Below are positions 26,328 to 35,944 of a stretch of DNA of 42,930 nucleotides, piece after piece. The stretch lies in sequence record SRR20825006_904; one strand, written 5' to 3'. Numbering within the stretch: the first letter of the stretch is position 1; every line of letters starts with the position of its first letter. The notes under the pieces were generated by a model, which saw only the letters and a program-made list of their open reading frames with translations, did no database searches and was not told the DNA's origin. The position numbers were made by a program, and so were the translations under genes.

Positions 26328-26897
26328 ATGAAACAGCTGCATAAGCATTTCGCAAAAAAATGGACCATTTTGATGGCCTGTCTGGGCATGATGTTTTTTG
26401 CCAGCCCGGCGCTGACGCTGGCGGCCTCGGCCACCGAAATTGATATCGGCGTGAGTGAAACGCTGAAAAAATTTAAAACGGAAGTACCCGGCGGGGCCCA
26501 GTTTCTCGATCGGGCGGCCGGCGTATTGGTGTTCCCCAAAATCATCAAGGCCGGTTTCGGCATCGGTGGTGAATATGGTGAAGGCGCCTTGCTGATTAAC
26601 GGCGAAACCGTCTCTTATTACAGCACCGCTGCTGCCTCAATCGGTTTACAGCTCGGTGCCCAGAGTAAATCTCTGGTTATTGTTTTTCTGGCCGAGGACT
26701 CGTTGAAGTATTTCCGCAACAGCAAAGGCTGGAAAGCGGGGGTAGACGGCTCAGTGGCTGTTGTGGAATGGGGTGCCGGCGAGGATATCAATACCATTGA
26801 TATCGAAGACCCCATCGTTGGCTTTATGTTCAGTAACAAGGGGCTGATGTTCAATCTGACGTTGGAAGGCTCCAAATTTACCCGGATAGATAAATAA
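26328..26897 (+). CDS. YSC84/SYLF-related exported lipid-binding protein
   Basis: Signal peptide; AAGVLVFPKIIKAGFGIGGEYGEGAL, SIGLQLGAQ and GLMFNLTLEGSKF. Confidence 0.88.
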   Translation: MKQLHKHFAKKWTILMACLGMMFFASPALTLAASATEIDIGVSETLKKFKTEVPGGAQFLDRAAGVLVFPKIIKAGFGIGGEYGEGALLINGETVSYYSTAAASIGLQLGAQSKSLVIVFLAEDSLKYFRNSKGWKAGVDGSVAVVEWGAGEDINTIDIEDPIVGFMFSNKGLMFNLTLEGSKFTRIDK

Positions 26898-27242
26898 ATG
26901 TCAGAACGCCACCCAGACTACCCACCCAAGACCTGCGAGATTGACCGGCTGGTGACACACCAACGGCTGGTCGATGCGGCGCTGGCCGGTCGTAAAACCC
27001 AGCAACGCCGTAATGGCGTTTATGGCTATCCCGGAGAAACCTTCGCGCTGGGCTCAGAAAATTTTGTGATTACCGGACTCGAACGCCAGCCCCTGGGAGA
27101 GATGACCGAGACCGATGCCAGGGCGGAAGGTTTTCCCGATCTGGGCACCTACAAACAACTGATTATCAGCATGCACGCCGGTATGGACTGGAATGATGAC
27201 CACGAGGTCTGGGTGCATACATTTGAAAAGCTTGAGGCTTAA
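26898..27242 (+). CDS. ASCH domain protein
   Basis: GRKTQQRR (GxKxxxxR), MTETDARAEGF and VWVHTF. Confidence 0.8.
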   Translation: MSERHPDYPPKTCEIDRLVTHQRLVDAALAGRKTQQRRNGVYGYPGETFALGSENFVITGLERQPLGEMTETDARAEGFPDLGTYKQLIISMHAGMDWNDDHEVWVHTFEKLEA

Positions 27243-28648
27243 TCCAGCGCTTCAGCGTTCATTGCTTCACAGCGTGAAAGATCAAAACCGCAGTTTTTAC
27301 TAACTTTCGACTGTAAATCACGCAGCGCTGTCCGTAAGCCTTCTTCCAGCACCGGATGATAAATTGGCATTGACAGCAACTGCGTCGTCGTCAGCTCTTG
27401 CTGAATAGCCAAAGCCAGCAAATGCGCCAAATGACCGGCGGCGGGTGCAGCCATCTCGGCGCCGAGCAGTTTGCCGCTTTGCTTGTCAGCATAAACCCTC
27501 AGGTAGCCGGCATTTGTCTGCGCTGCCCGGGCGCGGCCCTGATTTGAAAAATCAACTTCACCGGCAACAAACGCTTGTGGTTCAAGTGCTTCTGCCCGCT
27601 GACCGACTATAGCGACTTCAGGCTCACAAAAAACCACGGCAAGCGGTATTCGCCGGCAATACGATGAGACTGATTGCGCCACCGCATTATGCCCGGCAAT
27701 GCGTCCGTCATCAGCCGCTTCATGTAACAACATCGTATCTGCTCGCACATCGCCGGCAATAAAAACCGGCAAATCTTCGATCTGCAGTGTCTGTGAATTC
27801 ACCGCTGGCAGGCCCTGCTCATCAAGCTTTATATCCAGGTTTTCAAGCCCGATATTATCCAGATTGGGCTGGCGACCAATCGCCGCGATGACCTGTTCGA
27901 ATTCACCACTGAAATCACCGGCTGTAACCTGAATGCCTTTAGCCGATTTTTCCAGTTCGGCTTCCTCGCCCAGCTTCAATACAAACTCAGCCTGTAAACT
28001 TGTCAGCAAGGCCTGATTGACAGCGTTATCACTCAAACCGGCCAGCCGTTCATCGGTGCCGAAGGCTGTCACATTGATGCCGAGACGGCTCAGTGCCTGG
28101 GCAATTTCCAGACCGATGGCACCCAGACCGATCACCGCAACCGATTCTGCAAAGCCCCGCTGGTCAAACAGATTATCACTGGTCAGAATATGCTCGCTGA
28201 AATCCTGCCAACTCTCAGGCACAATCGGCCGAGAACCGGTTGCCACGATGATTTTCTGGCAATCAATGATCTTATCGCCGGCTTCAATCCGGTTCGGTCC
28301 CAGCAGGCAGGCTTTTTCCCTGAGCAGTTGTTTACTGAAGCGCTGGGTCGCCTCTAATGTACTGTCTACGAAGAAATCACGGAGCTCCCGGACTCGCTTC
28401 ATCACCGCAGCGATATCGACATCCAGCCTGTCAGCATGTCGAATGCCGAAGCTCTCAAAGCTCAGACGCCGATGGTAGGCATTGGCGGCCTCGATCAACA
28501 GCTTGGAGGGCATACAACCGACCCGGGCACAGGTGGTTCCCAGCGGACCGGGATCAATGAGCAGAAAATCTGCCGTCTGCTTACTGACCTCCCTGGCTGC
28601 CGCGAGACCCGCCGTGCCCGCACCGATAATAACAACGTCGGTACGCAT
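27239..28648 (-). CDS. Dihydrolipoamide-dehydrogenase-like flavoprotein disulfide reductase
   Basis: GAGTAG, the redox motif TCARVGCMPSK, GLGAIGLE and a C-terminal YHPVLEEG. Confidence 0.9.
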   Translation of the reverse strand: MRTDVVIIGAGTAGLAAAREVSKQTADFLLIDPGPLGTTCARVGCMPSKLLIEAANAYHRRLSFESFGIRHADRLDVDIAAVMKRVRELRDFFVDSTLEATQRFSKQLLREKACLLGPNRIEAGDKIIDCQKIIVATGSRPIVPESWQDFSEHILTSDNLFDQRGFAESVAVIGLGAIGLEIAQALSRLGINVTAFGTDERLAGLSDNAVNQALLTSLQAEFVLKLGEEAELEKSAKGIQVTAGDFSGEFEQVIAAIGRQPNLDNIGLENLDIKLDEQGLPAVNSQTLQIEDLPVFIAGDVRADTMLLHEAADDGRIAGHNAVAQSVSSYCRRIPLAVVFCEPEVAIVGQRAEALEPQAFVAGEVDFSNQGRARAAQTNAGYLRVYADKQSGKLLGAEMAAPAAGHLAHLLALAIQQELTTTQLLSMPIYHPVLEEGLRTALRDLQSKVSKNCGFDLSRCEAMNAEALD

Positions 28649-28660
28649 CACTCAGCGCGA

Positions 28661-28870
28661 TCAGCTTTCGATACGGAAACCGACTTTGATGGTGACCTGC
28701 CAGAACTGTACGTCTCCGCCCTGAATAGATCCACGCGTTTCCACTACCTCAAACCAATCCATATGCTTGACTGTCTCACCCGCTTTTCTGACAGCACTGC
28801 GTATAGCTTGATCGGTGCTCTCAGGCGAGCTGCCAGTGAGTTCAATAATTTTATAAATATGATCAGTCAT
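28661..28870 (-). CDS. Dodecin (flavin-binding protein)
   Basis: MTDHIYKIIELTGSS...WFEVVETRG...WQVTIKVGF; ATG 28870 follows AGGAG. Confidence 0.95.
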   Translation of the reverse strand: MTDHIYKIIELTGSSPESTDQAIRSAVRKAGETVKHMDWFEVVETRGSIQGGDVQFWQVTIKVGFRIES

Positions 28871-29714
28871 TGCTATTCTCCTTACTTTTCCGCAGATAAA
28901 TAAACCAGTAGACCAGTCCCACAAATAAACCGCCTCCCAGCATATTGCCAAGGGTAACGGGCAACAGGTTATCCCACAGGAAACCTGATAAGGTCAGATT
29001 GTCGAGATTGACCGGCATCAAAGCCTGAAGGATCGCCGGATCCTGGCTGGCGAGCATACCCGCAGGGATAAAAAACATATTCGCCACTGAGTGTTCGAAG
29101 CCCATGGCGACAAAGGCGGTGATCGGAAACAGAATCGCCAGAACCTTATCCACCACCGTTCTGCCCGCAAAACATAGCCACAAGGCCAGACACACCAACA
29201 CATTGCATAAAATGCCACGAAAGAAGGCTTCCAGCCAGGACAGGTTCACTTTGCTATTGGCAATCGCAATGGCTTTGGCACCGACGGCGCCATCCGCTGT
29301 CTGCCAGTGACCACTGAAATAAATCATCAGCAAAATGCCCATCGCCCCGATAAAATTGCCCAGATAAACAATCAACCAGTTTTTCAGCAGTTGACCCAGT
29401 GTGACTTTTCCGTCAACAAAAGCCATAACAATCAGATTATTGCCGGTAAAAAGCTCTGCCCCGGCCACCACAACCAGAATCAAACCAAGACAAAACACCA
29501 GGCCGCCCATCAACCGTAACAGGCCACCGGCAATGGTGCCAGTGTCATAAGTGACTACGGTAAAAAATGCCGCGCCGAGGGCAATAAAGGCGCCGGCCAG
29601 AATGGCAAGTGCAAAAATCTGCAGTGGATCACCGGTGATCTTGGTCACGCCCACCTGCTGCACCCGCGCAGCAATTTGCTGAGGCGTGTATGCATCGACT
29701 GAAAACGGATCCAT
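28863..29714 (-). CDS. Formate/nitrite transporter (FNT family)
   Basis: AILAGAFIALG, GAELFTGN, GILCNVLVCLA, GFEHSVANMF and VTLGNMLGG. Confidence 0.95.
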   Translation of the reverse strand: MDPFSVDAYTPQQIAARVQQVGVTKITGDPLQIFALAILAGAFIALGAAFFTVVTYDTGTIAGGLLRLMGGLVFCLGLILVVVAGAELFTGNNLIVMAFVDGKVTLGQLLKNWLIVYLGNFIGAMGILLMIYFSGHWQTADGAVGAKAIAIANSKVNLSWLEAFFRGILCNVLVCLALWLCFAGRTVVDKVLAILFPITAFVAMGFEHSVANMFFIPAGMLASQDPAILQALMPVNLDNLTLSGFLWDNLLPVTLGNMLGGGLFVGLVYWFIYLRKSKENSND

Positions 29715-29890
29715 CTGCGTCTCCTTAACGCTTCCTTGCTTCCATCATAAAGCCTGATGCCGATAGCTTGCCAGTACATCAATAAACAAATGTTTTTTCT
29801 GTCTTTTCTTCTGTCAGCATCGTATAATATTAGGTTTTACACGCCCGCTTATCAGTTTTGCGTTCAAAACTGACCATCACAGGTTATTCC

Positions 29891-31684
29891 ATGTCCACAG
29901 AACATCGTGAAACGATGCCCTCATTCAGTGAGTTAGGCATTACCCCGGCTATTCTCAAAGCAATACAAGAAGCCGGTTATGAAACACCCTCGCCGATTCA
30001 GGCACAAAGTATTCCGCCCTTACTGGAAGGCCGTGACCTTCTGGGTCAGGCACAGACCGGCACCGGTAAAACCGCTGCGTTTTCTTTACCGCTGTTGAGC
30101 CGTCTGGATACCACCCAAAAAAAACCGCAATTGCTGGTTCTCACTCCTACCCGCGAACTGGCTATTCAGGTTGCTGAAGCCATTCAGGGCTATGGCCGAC
30201 ACATTAAACAATTCCACGTCCTGCCGATTTACGGTGGTCAGAGCATGGGACTACAACTGCGTGCACTGCAACGTAATCCGCAGGTAATTGTGGGAACGCC
30301 GGGCCGTATTCTGGATCATATCCGTCGCGGCAAACTGCAGCTGGAATCCTTACGCTCACTGGTACTGGATGAAGCCGACGAAATGCTGCGCATGGGCTTT
30401 ATTGACGATGTTGAAACCATCCTCCAGGAAACCCCGCAGGAAAGACAGGTGGCCCTGTTCTCCGCTACCATGCCCAAGCCGATTCACCGTGTTGCACAGC
30501 GCTATCTCAAAAACCCGGTAGAAGTGCATATCAAGTCCAAGACCTCGACGGTTGATACCATTAATCAGCGTTACTGGCAGGTCACCGGCCTGCACAAGCT
30601 GGACGCACTGACCCGGATTCTGGAAGTCGAAAACTTCGACGGCATGATTATCTTCGTGCGCACCAAGAATGCGACGGTGGATTTGGCCGAAAAACTGGAA
30701 GCGCGTGGTTATGCCGCTGCCGCCATCAATGGCGACATGAACCAGGCACTGCGTGAAAAAACCATTGAAAAAATGAAAGCCGGCCAAATCGATATTCTGG
30801 TTGCTACCGATGTTGCTGCCCGCGGGCTTGATATCGAGCGCATGAGTCACGTCGTTAACTACGATATCCCTTACGATACTGAATCCTATGTCCACCGTAT
30901 CGGTCGCACCGGCCGTGCCGGTCGTAAAGGTGAAGCAATTCTGTTTGTCTCGCCGAGAGAAAAACGCATGCTGGGGGCCATTGAAAAAGCCACCCGGCAG
31001 ACAATTGCCCGCATGCAGTTACCCAGCAGTGAAGATATTGCTGATCGACGGGTAATGGCATTCAAGGAACACCTGACCGAAACCATTGAATCTCAGGATC
31101 TGGGCTTCTTTGAAACGCTGGTTGCCCAGTACCAGGAAGAACATAACGCCGACCCGCTGGAATTAGCCGCGGCGCTGGCATTTCTGGTGCAAAAGCAACG
31201 GCCGCTGAATCCCGTGTCTCACACCAGTGAGCGCAAACCTGCCCGTGATAAAGCAGAACAGTCAGACAACAGGCCACCACGTGCAGAACGCACTGCCAGA
31301 GCACCTCGGGATCGTTCCCGCCATCAGACTGAAGCAGGCATGATTACCTACCGGGTAGAAGTCGGTAGTGAACACAATGTCGAGCCCAAGCACTTGGTAG
31401 GCGCCATTGCTAATGAAGCCGGAATCGAAAGCCAGTTTATCGGCCGGATTTCGATCATGAATGATCACAGCTTTATTGATCTGCCTGAAGGCATGCCCAA
31501 GGATATCTTCCAGCATTTGCGTAAAATCCGGGTCAATCAGCATCCGATGCAGATCAGTCTGGCGGAAAGCAGCAATGACAGTCGTCCAGCTGCACCGGCC
31601 TCTCGGAAAATGCCAAGAAAAAACGGCCCTCGTAAAACGGGCAAAGCCGGTAAAAGCAAACCGAGTCACAGCAAATCAAGCTAA
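29891..31684 (+). CDS. deaD: DEAD-box RNA helicase DeaD/CsdA
   Basis: AQTGTGKT, PTRELA, DEADEML, SAT, HRIGRTGRAG and a C-terminal DbpA-type RBD (VGAIANEAG). Confidence 0.95.
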   Translation: MSTEHRETMPSFSELGITPAILKAIQEAGYETPSPIQAQSIPPLLEGRDLLGQAQTGTGKTAAFSLPLLSRLDTTQKKPQLLVLTPTRELAIQVAEAIQGYGRHIKQFHVLPIYGGQSMGLQLRALQRNPQVIVGTPGRILDHIRRGKLQLESLRSLVLDEADEMLRMGFIDDVETILQETPQERQVALFSATMPKPIHRVAQRYLKNPVEVHIKSKTSTVDTINQRYWQVTGLHKLDALTRILEVENFDGMIIFVRTKNATVDLAEKLEARGYAAAAINGDMNQALREKTIEKMKAGQIDILVATDVAARGLDIERMSHVVNYDIPYDTESYVHRIGRTGRAGRKGEAILFVSPREKRMLGAIEKATRQTIARMQLPSSEDIADRRVMAFKEHLTETIESQDLGFFETLVAQYQEEHNADPLELAAALAFLVQKQRPLNPVSHTSERKPARDKAEQSDNRPPRAERTARAPRDRSRHQTEAGMITYRVEVGSEHNVEPKHLVGAIANEAGIESQFIGRISIMNDHSFIDLPEGMPKDIFQHLRKIRVNQHPMQISLAESSNDSRPAAPASRKMPRKNGPRKTGKAGKSKPSHSKSS

Positions 31685-31699
31685 CTAAAAGCACAGCCT

Positions 31700-31735
31700 A
31701 GTCGGAAAGCCTGCCGCTTTCCGGCTTCCTCTCTT
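31700..31735 (+). terminator. Probable terminator hairpin after deaD
   Basis: AGTCGGAAAGC-CTGCC-GCTTTCCGGCT followed by a pyrimidine tail. Confidence 0.5.
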
Positions 31736-31761
31736 CAAACCGGCATGCCACAATAAGCCGC

Positions 31762-32991
31762 ATGCTGAATATCATCTGGATCGCCTTTTTTCTGATCGCC
31801 TTTGCGGTAGCGCTGTTCAAGCTTATCGTTCTCGGCGATCAGATGGTGTTTTCCCAGTTGATGGAGGCCATGTTTGAGCTGGCCAAAACGGCCTTTGAAA
31901 TCTCTCTGGGTCTGACCGGTATTCTGGCACTGTGGCTGGGTATCATGAAAATCGGCGAACGCAGCGGTTTTGTCGATCTTCTGACCCGGGGTCTGACACC
32001 ACTATTCCAGCGCTTGATGCCCGAAATCCCCCGTAATCACCCTGCCCTGGGTTCTATGGTGATGAATATCTCTGCCAATGCGCTGGGGCTCGATAATGCT
32101 GCTACGCCGTTGGGTATCAAAGCCATGAAAGAGCTGCAGGAGCTGAATCCGTTCAAGGACACCGCCAGTAACGCCCAGATTCTGTTTCTGGTCATTAATA
32201 CCTCGGCGGTTACCCTGTTTCCGGTCACCATCTTTACTTACCGGGCCCAGATGGGGGCTGCCAATCCCACCGATGTGTTTATCCCTATTCTGCTGGCGAC
32301 CTATATGTCGACCCTGATAGGGCTACTGACTGTCGCCTGGGTGCAGAAAATTAATCTGCTGGACCGGGTGGTAATGGCCTACCTGGGCGGCTTTACTCTG
32401 CTGGTTTTGGGTTTACTGGCTTACTTTGCCAGCCTGTCACAGGAAGCCATGCTCAACCAGTCGGCGTTTATCAGTAATCTCATATTGTTCTCCCTGGTCG
32501 TGATATTTATCAGTGCCGCGGCGCTGAAAAGAGTGAATGCTTACGAAGCCTTTATTGACGGCGCTAAGGAAGGCTTTGAAACTGCGGTGAAAATCATCCC
32601 GTACCTGGTGGCGATGCTGGTTGCCATTGGCGTGTTCCGTGCCAGCGGCGCGCTGGAATTAATCTTCGATGGCCTGCGTAGTCTGGTCCTGAGTCTCGGC
32701 CTGGATGATCGATTTATCGATGCGATGCCCACAGCATTGATGAAACCCTTCAGCGGTAGCGGCGCCCGTGCAATGATGGTCGACACCATGCAGGCTTACG
32801 GCGCTGACTCCTTCGCAGGCCGGCTCTCCTCTATTGTCCAGGGCAGCACTGAAACCACCTTCTATGTACTGGCTGTCTACTTCGGCGCGGTTGGCATCCG
32901 AAATATCCGCCATGCTGTTGGTTGTGGTCTGGCGGCGGACTTTGCCGGCATTGTTGCGGCAATCACTGTGGCCTATTGGTTTTTCGGCTAA
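31762..32991 (+). CDS. SpmA/SpmB fused nucleoside-recognition (Gate) domain membrane protein
   Basis: ANALGLDNAATPLGIKAMKELQELN, YEAFIDGAKEG, KPFSGSGA and GSTETTFYVLAVYFG. Confidence 0.9.
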   Translation: MLNIIWIAFFLIAFAVALFKLIVLGDQMVFSQLMEAMFELAKTAFEISLGLTGILALWLGIMKIGERSGFVDLLTRGLTPLFQRLMPEIPRNHPALGSMVMNISANALGLDNAATPLGIKAMKELQELNPFKDTASNAQILFLVINTSAVTLFPVTIFTYRAQMGAANPTDVFIPILLATYMSTLIGLLTVAWVQKINLLDRVVMAYLGGFTLLVLGLLAYFASLSQEAMLNQSAFISNLILFSLVVIFISAAALKRVNAYEAFIDGAKEGFETAVKIIPYLVAMLVAIGVFRASGALELIFDGLRSLVLSLGLDDRFIDAMPTALMKPFSGSGARAMMVDTMQAYGADSFAGRLSSIVQGSTETTFYVLAVYFGAVGIRNIRHAVGCGLAADFAGIVAAITVAYWFFG

Positions 32992-33146
32992 AAAATCCAC
33001 ACAAATCAACAAAATGTGCTATTTTTAGCGCCCGTTCAAACTCGCACCTCATGTCATGCTGCCCGTCATTTTTTCGGCGCTGCGTCTGGGCAGAAAACGG
33101 TGTCCGGCTCAATGTCTGCCGGCAGGTTTGTATGGAGATCCCATGA

Positions 33147-33785
33147 TTGAAAGCGCTCGTTCACCCTCTTGAATCCACTTATGATCTGATCGCCGATGCA
33201 CTGGCAGACAAGGGTTACTGTGTCTTACCGCAGCTGTTGCCGGCGGAATTGAACATTGCTCTGCATCGCCGCGTTGCCAGACTGGATGAGGCGGATTTCC
33301 AACGCGCAGGTATCGGTCGCGATCAGGACTTTCAGCTGAATACCAGCGTCCGTCGTGACCAGACCCGTTGGCTGGATGAAGAGCACCCGACGGATCGCGC
33401 CTATATTGAAGAGATGGCCGATTTCCGTCTGGCTATCAACCGCCGCTTGTTTATGGGTCTGTTCGATTACGAGTCGCATTATGCCCACTACCCGACCGGC
33501 GCCTTTTATAAAAAGCATCTGGATGCCTTCAAAGGCCAGTCAAACCGGGTGCTGACCACCGTACTCTATCTCAATCCCGAATGGCAGGCAGAAGATGGCG
33601 GCCAGCTGCTGATTTATGCGCCGGATTCTGATCAAGTGATTACAACTGTCAATCCTAATTTCGGCACATTTGTGATTTTTTTGAGTGAACAGTTTCCGCA
33701 TGAAGTGGTCAAATCAATGCGTGACCGTTACAGTATTGCAGGATGGTTTCGATTACAGGATCCGCTGCAAGCCCCCACGATATGA
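33147..33785 (+). CDS. 2OG-Fe(II) oxygenase, EGLN/SM-20/PPHD prolyl-hydroxylase-like
   Basis: RAGIGR, VRRDQTRWL, YKKHLDAF (HxD), RVLTTVLYLN, GGQL and PHEV...RYSIAGWFR. The TTG start is uncertain. Confidence 0.88.
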   Translation: MKALVHPLESTYDLIADALADKGYCVLPQLLPAELNIALHRRVARLDEADFQRAGIGRDQDFQLNTSVRRDQTRWLDEEHPTDRAYIEEMADFRLAINRRLFMGLFDYESHYAHYPTGAFYKKHLDAFKGQSNRVLTTVLYLNPEWQAEDGGQLLIYAPDSDQVITTVNPNFGTFVIFLSEQFPHEVVKSMRDRYSIAGWFRLQDPLQAPTI

Positions 33786-34318
33786 GTGCTCATTTTCAGA
33801 TTCACCAGCTCGGTCATCCGCTGCTCCGCCAGCCTGCCGAGCCGGTAACCGATATGCTTGATCCGGCCTTTCAGACTCAATTGGATCAATTGCTTACTTT
33901 TGTTATCGACAAAGGCGGTATGGGCATTGCTGCACCACAGGTGGGTATCAGCCGCCGCTTTTTTATACTCTCGTCGCATCCCAATGCCCGTTATCCCTCT
34001 GCACCGGATGTGCCGCCTTTTGTGGTGATTAATCCTGAGATTCTGGCTCATGCCGATACCGTCACCAAGGACTGGGAAGGCTGCCTGAGCCTGCCGGGTA
34101 TCAGGGGCCTGGTGCCACGTTATGACTGGATAGAAGTCCGTTATCTCACCCGCGACGGTAAAACGGTGGAAACCCGCTATGAGGGCTTTCTGGCACGGGT
34201 ATTCCAGCATGAACTCGATCACACTGAAGGCCGGGTGTTTATTGACCGGGTAGAATCCACGCTGGAACTGATGATGGAGCAGGAGTGGCAGCAACAAATG
34301 GCCAATCAGCAGTCATAA
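33782..34318 (+). CDS. def: Peptide deformylase (copy not linked to fmt)
   Basis: GMGIAAPQVG, EGCLS and FQHELDH; ATGA overlap with the upstream gene. Confidence 0.95.
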   Translation: MSAHFQIHQLGHPLLRQPAEPVTDMLDPAFQTQLDQLLTFVIDKGGMGIAAPQVGISRRFFILSSHPNARYPSAPDVPPFVVINPEILAHADTVTKDWEGCLSLPGIRGLVPRYDWIEVRYLTRDGKTVETRYEGFLARVFQHELDHTEGRVFIDRVESTLELMMEQEWQQQMANQQS

Positions 34319-34330
34319 CAGGAATAGCGC

Positions 34331-34885
34331 ATGGGACAAAAATTCGAATCATTATCAGATCGCCTGATTCAATTTATCCGTGAACAGCATTTATTTTTTG
34401 TCGGCACCGCAACCGATGACAGCCGCGTTAATATCTCGCCTAAAGGCATGGACTCTTTACGGGTGATGAATCCCAACCGCATTATCTGGCTCAATGTCAC
34501 CGGCAGTGGTAATGAAACCGCGGCGCATGTGCAACAGAATCCCCGTATGACGCTGATGTTTGCAGCATTCACTGGTAAACCGATGATCCTGAGGGTCTAC
34601 GGCACGGCGCGGGTGATTCATCACAATGACCCGGACTGGCAAAGTCTCTACAGTTTGTTTGATCCCCTGCCCGGTGCCCGCCAGATTTTTGATCTGGACA
34701 TTGAACTGGTACAGACCTCCTGCGGTATGGCCGTGCCCTTGTTTGATTTTGCCGGCGACCGCGAACAGCTCAATAACTGGGCTGAGAAAAAAGGGGATGT
34801 GGGTATCAGGGAATACTGGCGGCGAACCAATCAGCAGACAATTGACGGTATCGAGACTGATATCGTCGAAAAGAATCTCGACTAA
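34331..34885 (+). CDS. Pyridoxamine 5'-phosphate oxidase family FMN-binding protein
   Basis: FFVGTA, VNISPKG, TGSGNETAAH, RMTLMF and VQTSCGMAVP. Confidence 0.88.
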   Translation: MGQKFESLSDRLIQFIREQHLFFVGTATDDSRVNISPKGMDSLRVMNPNRIIWLNVTGSGNETAAHVQQNPRMTLMFAAFTGKPMILRVYGTARVIHHNDPDWQSLYSLFDPLPGARQIFDLDIELVQTSCGMAVPLFDFAGDREQLNNWAEKKGDVGIREYWRRTNQQTIDGIETDIVEKNLD

Positions 34886-35935
34886 TCAGCCGAACATCTT
34901 GCCAACAAACTGAGACAGCTTTGGTGAACGTTCGGGATGACGCAAGGCCTGCATGACCGGTTCACGCATGCCCGGCACAAACACCAGATCAGCCAGCAAC
35001 TGGCTGAAGGCATCATACCCGGCATCGTTATGCGCCAACTGTTCCATATAAAGCAGGCAGAGTGAGACCTGCTGCAGCGATCGCCAGCAACGTCCGCTCA
35101 GCACGGCCAGCACCTCAACATGCTGGCTGCATGGGTGTTTGAGAACATGTTTGACCATCTGTTCGACCAGGCCTCTGGCCGGGCTGTTGGATACGGCACG
35201 CAGACAGGCACAAATCATGTTGATATCCGGCTGTTTTCTCTCCAGCTGAACATCAACACGCTGTGACAGCACTTCGACAATACCGGCTGCCGGTTCCGCA
35301 TTTTCCAGAAAGCTGCTGAGCACATTGAAGGGCTCGTAAGGAATGCGTGGCAGTGTTTCGATCAGACCCAGCGTTTCCTCATCATCATCCAGTCGCACTG
35401 CGACGTCGGCAACGCCCTGCATGCCCAGCTTGTCCCAGCTATCCAACGGTCTCTTTCCGGTGAAATAGGCGTAGGCTTCGGCATAAAAAGCAGAAGGCTT
35501 CAAAGCCAGGCTTTTGGTCGCCTGCGCATTAAAAGCCGCCATCTTGTCTTCGCGCGGGGTGAAGGTATAAGGGCTGTCTTTCAAAGCGCCTTCGATCTGT
35601 TGGCCATCGGCTGCTGCCAGCATGCACTCACCGACACGTTCGAGCAGCATCACCAGGAATTCGTCACGAGCCGACTGCAGCAGCAGTCCCTGTTCATCGA
35701 GCGGAAACTTCAGGAACCAGACATAATGCTTCTCCGCCGCATCCGGATGCCAGAAAATCACACCAAACAGCGCGCTGCGTTGAAACGGCAATGGGTAGGG
35801 CTTTTGTGCCCACTCGAAGCTGACAAACTGATCCGGACTGAGCTTGCTTACTCGCCGGCCCATATCGAACACACGGTATTTAGCACCGCTGTGATGCAGA
35901 AATTCGCTCAGGGTCGTAATTTTAGCTTCATACAT
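34886..35935 (-). CDS. DUF3549 family protein
   Basis: TLSEFL...YRVFDMGRRV, PYPLP, WFLKFPLDEQGLL and LGMQGVAD. Confidence 0.8.
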   Translation of the reverse strand: MYEAKITTLSEFLHHSGAKYRVFDMGRRVSKLSPDQFVSFEWAQKPYPLPFQRSALFGVIFWHPDAAEKHYVWFLKFPLDEQGLLLQSARDEFLVMLLERVGECMLAAADGQQIEGALKDSPYTFTPREDKMAAFNAQATKSLALKPSAFYAEAYAYFTGKRPLDSWDKLGMQGVADVAVRLDDDEETLGLIETLPRIPYEPFNVLSSFLENAEPAAGIVEVLSQRVDVQLERKQPDINMICACLRAVSNSPARGLVEQMVKHVLKHPCSQHVEVLAVLSGRCWRSLQQVSLCLLYMEQLAHNDAGYDAFSQLLADLVFVPGMREPVMQALRHPERSPKLSQFVGKMFG

Positions 35936-35944
35936 GGATGATGA

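Noticed and set aside
29768-29782. FNR box upstream of the FNT gene (TTGCC-AGTAC-ATCAA)
   Set aside because: Only one good half-site, and the spacing is wrong (N5 instead of N4).
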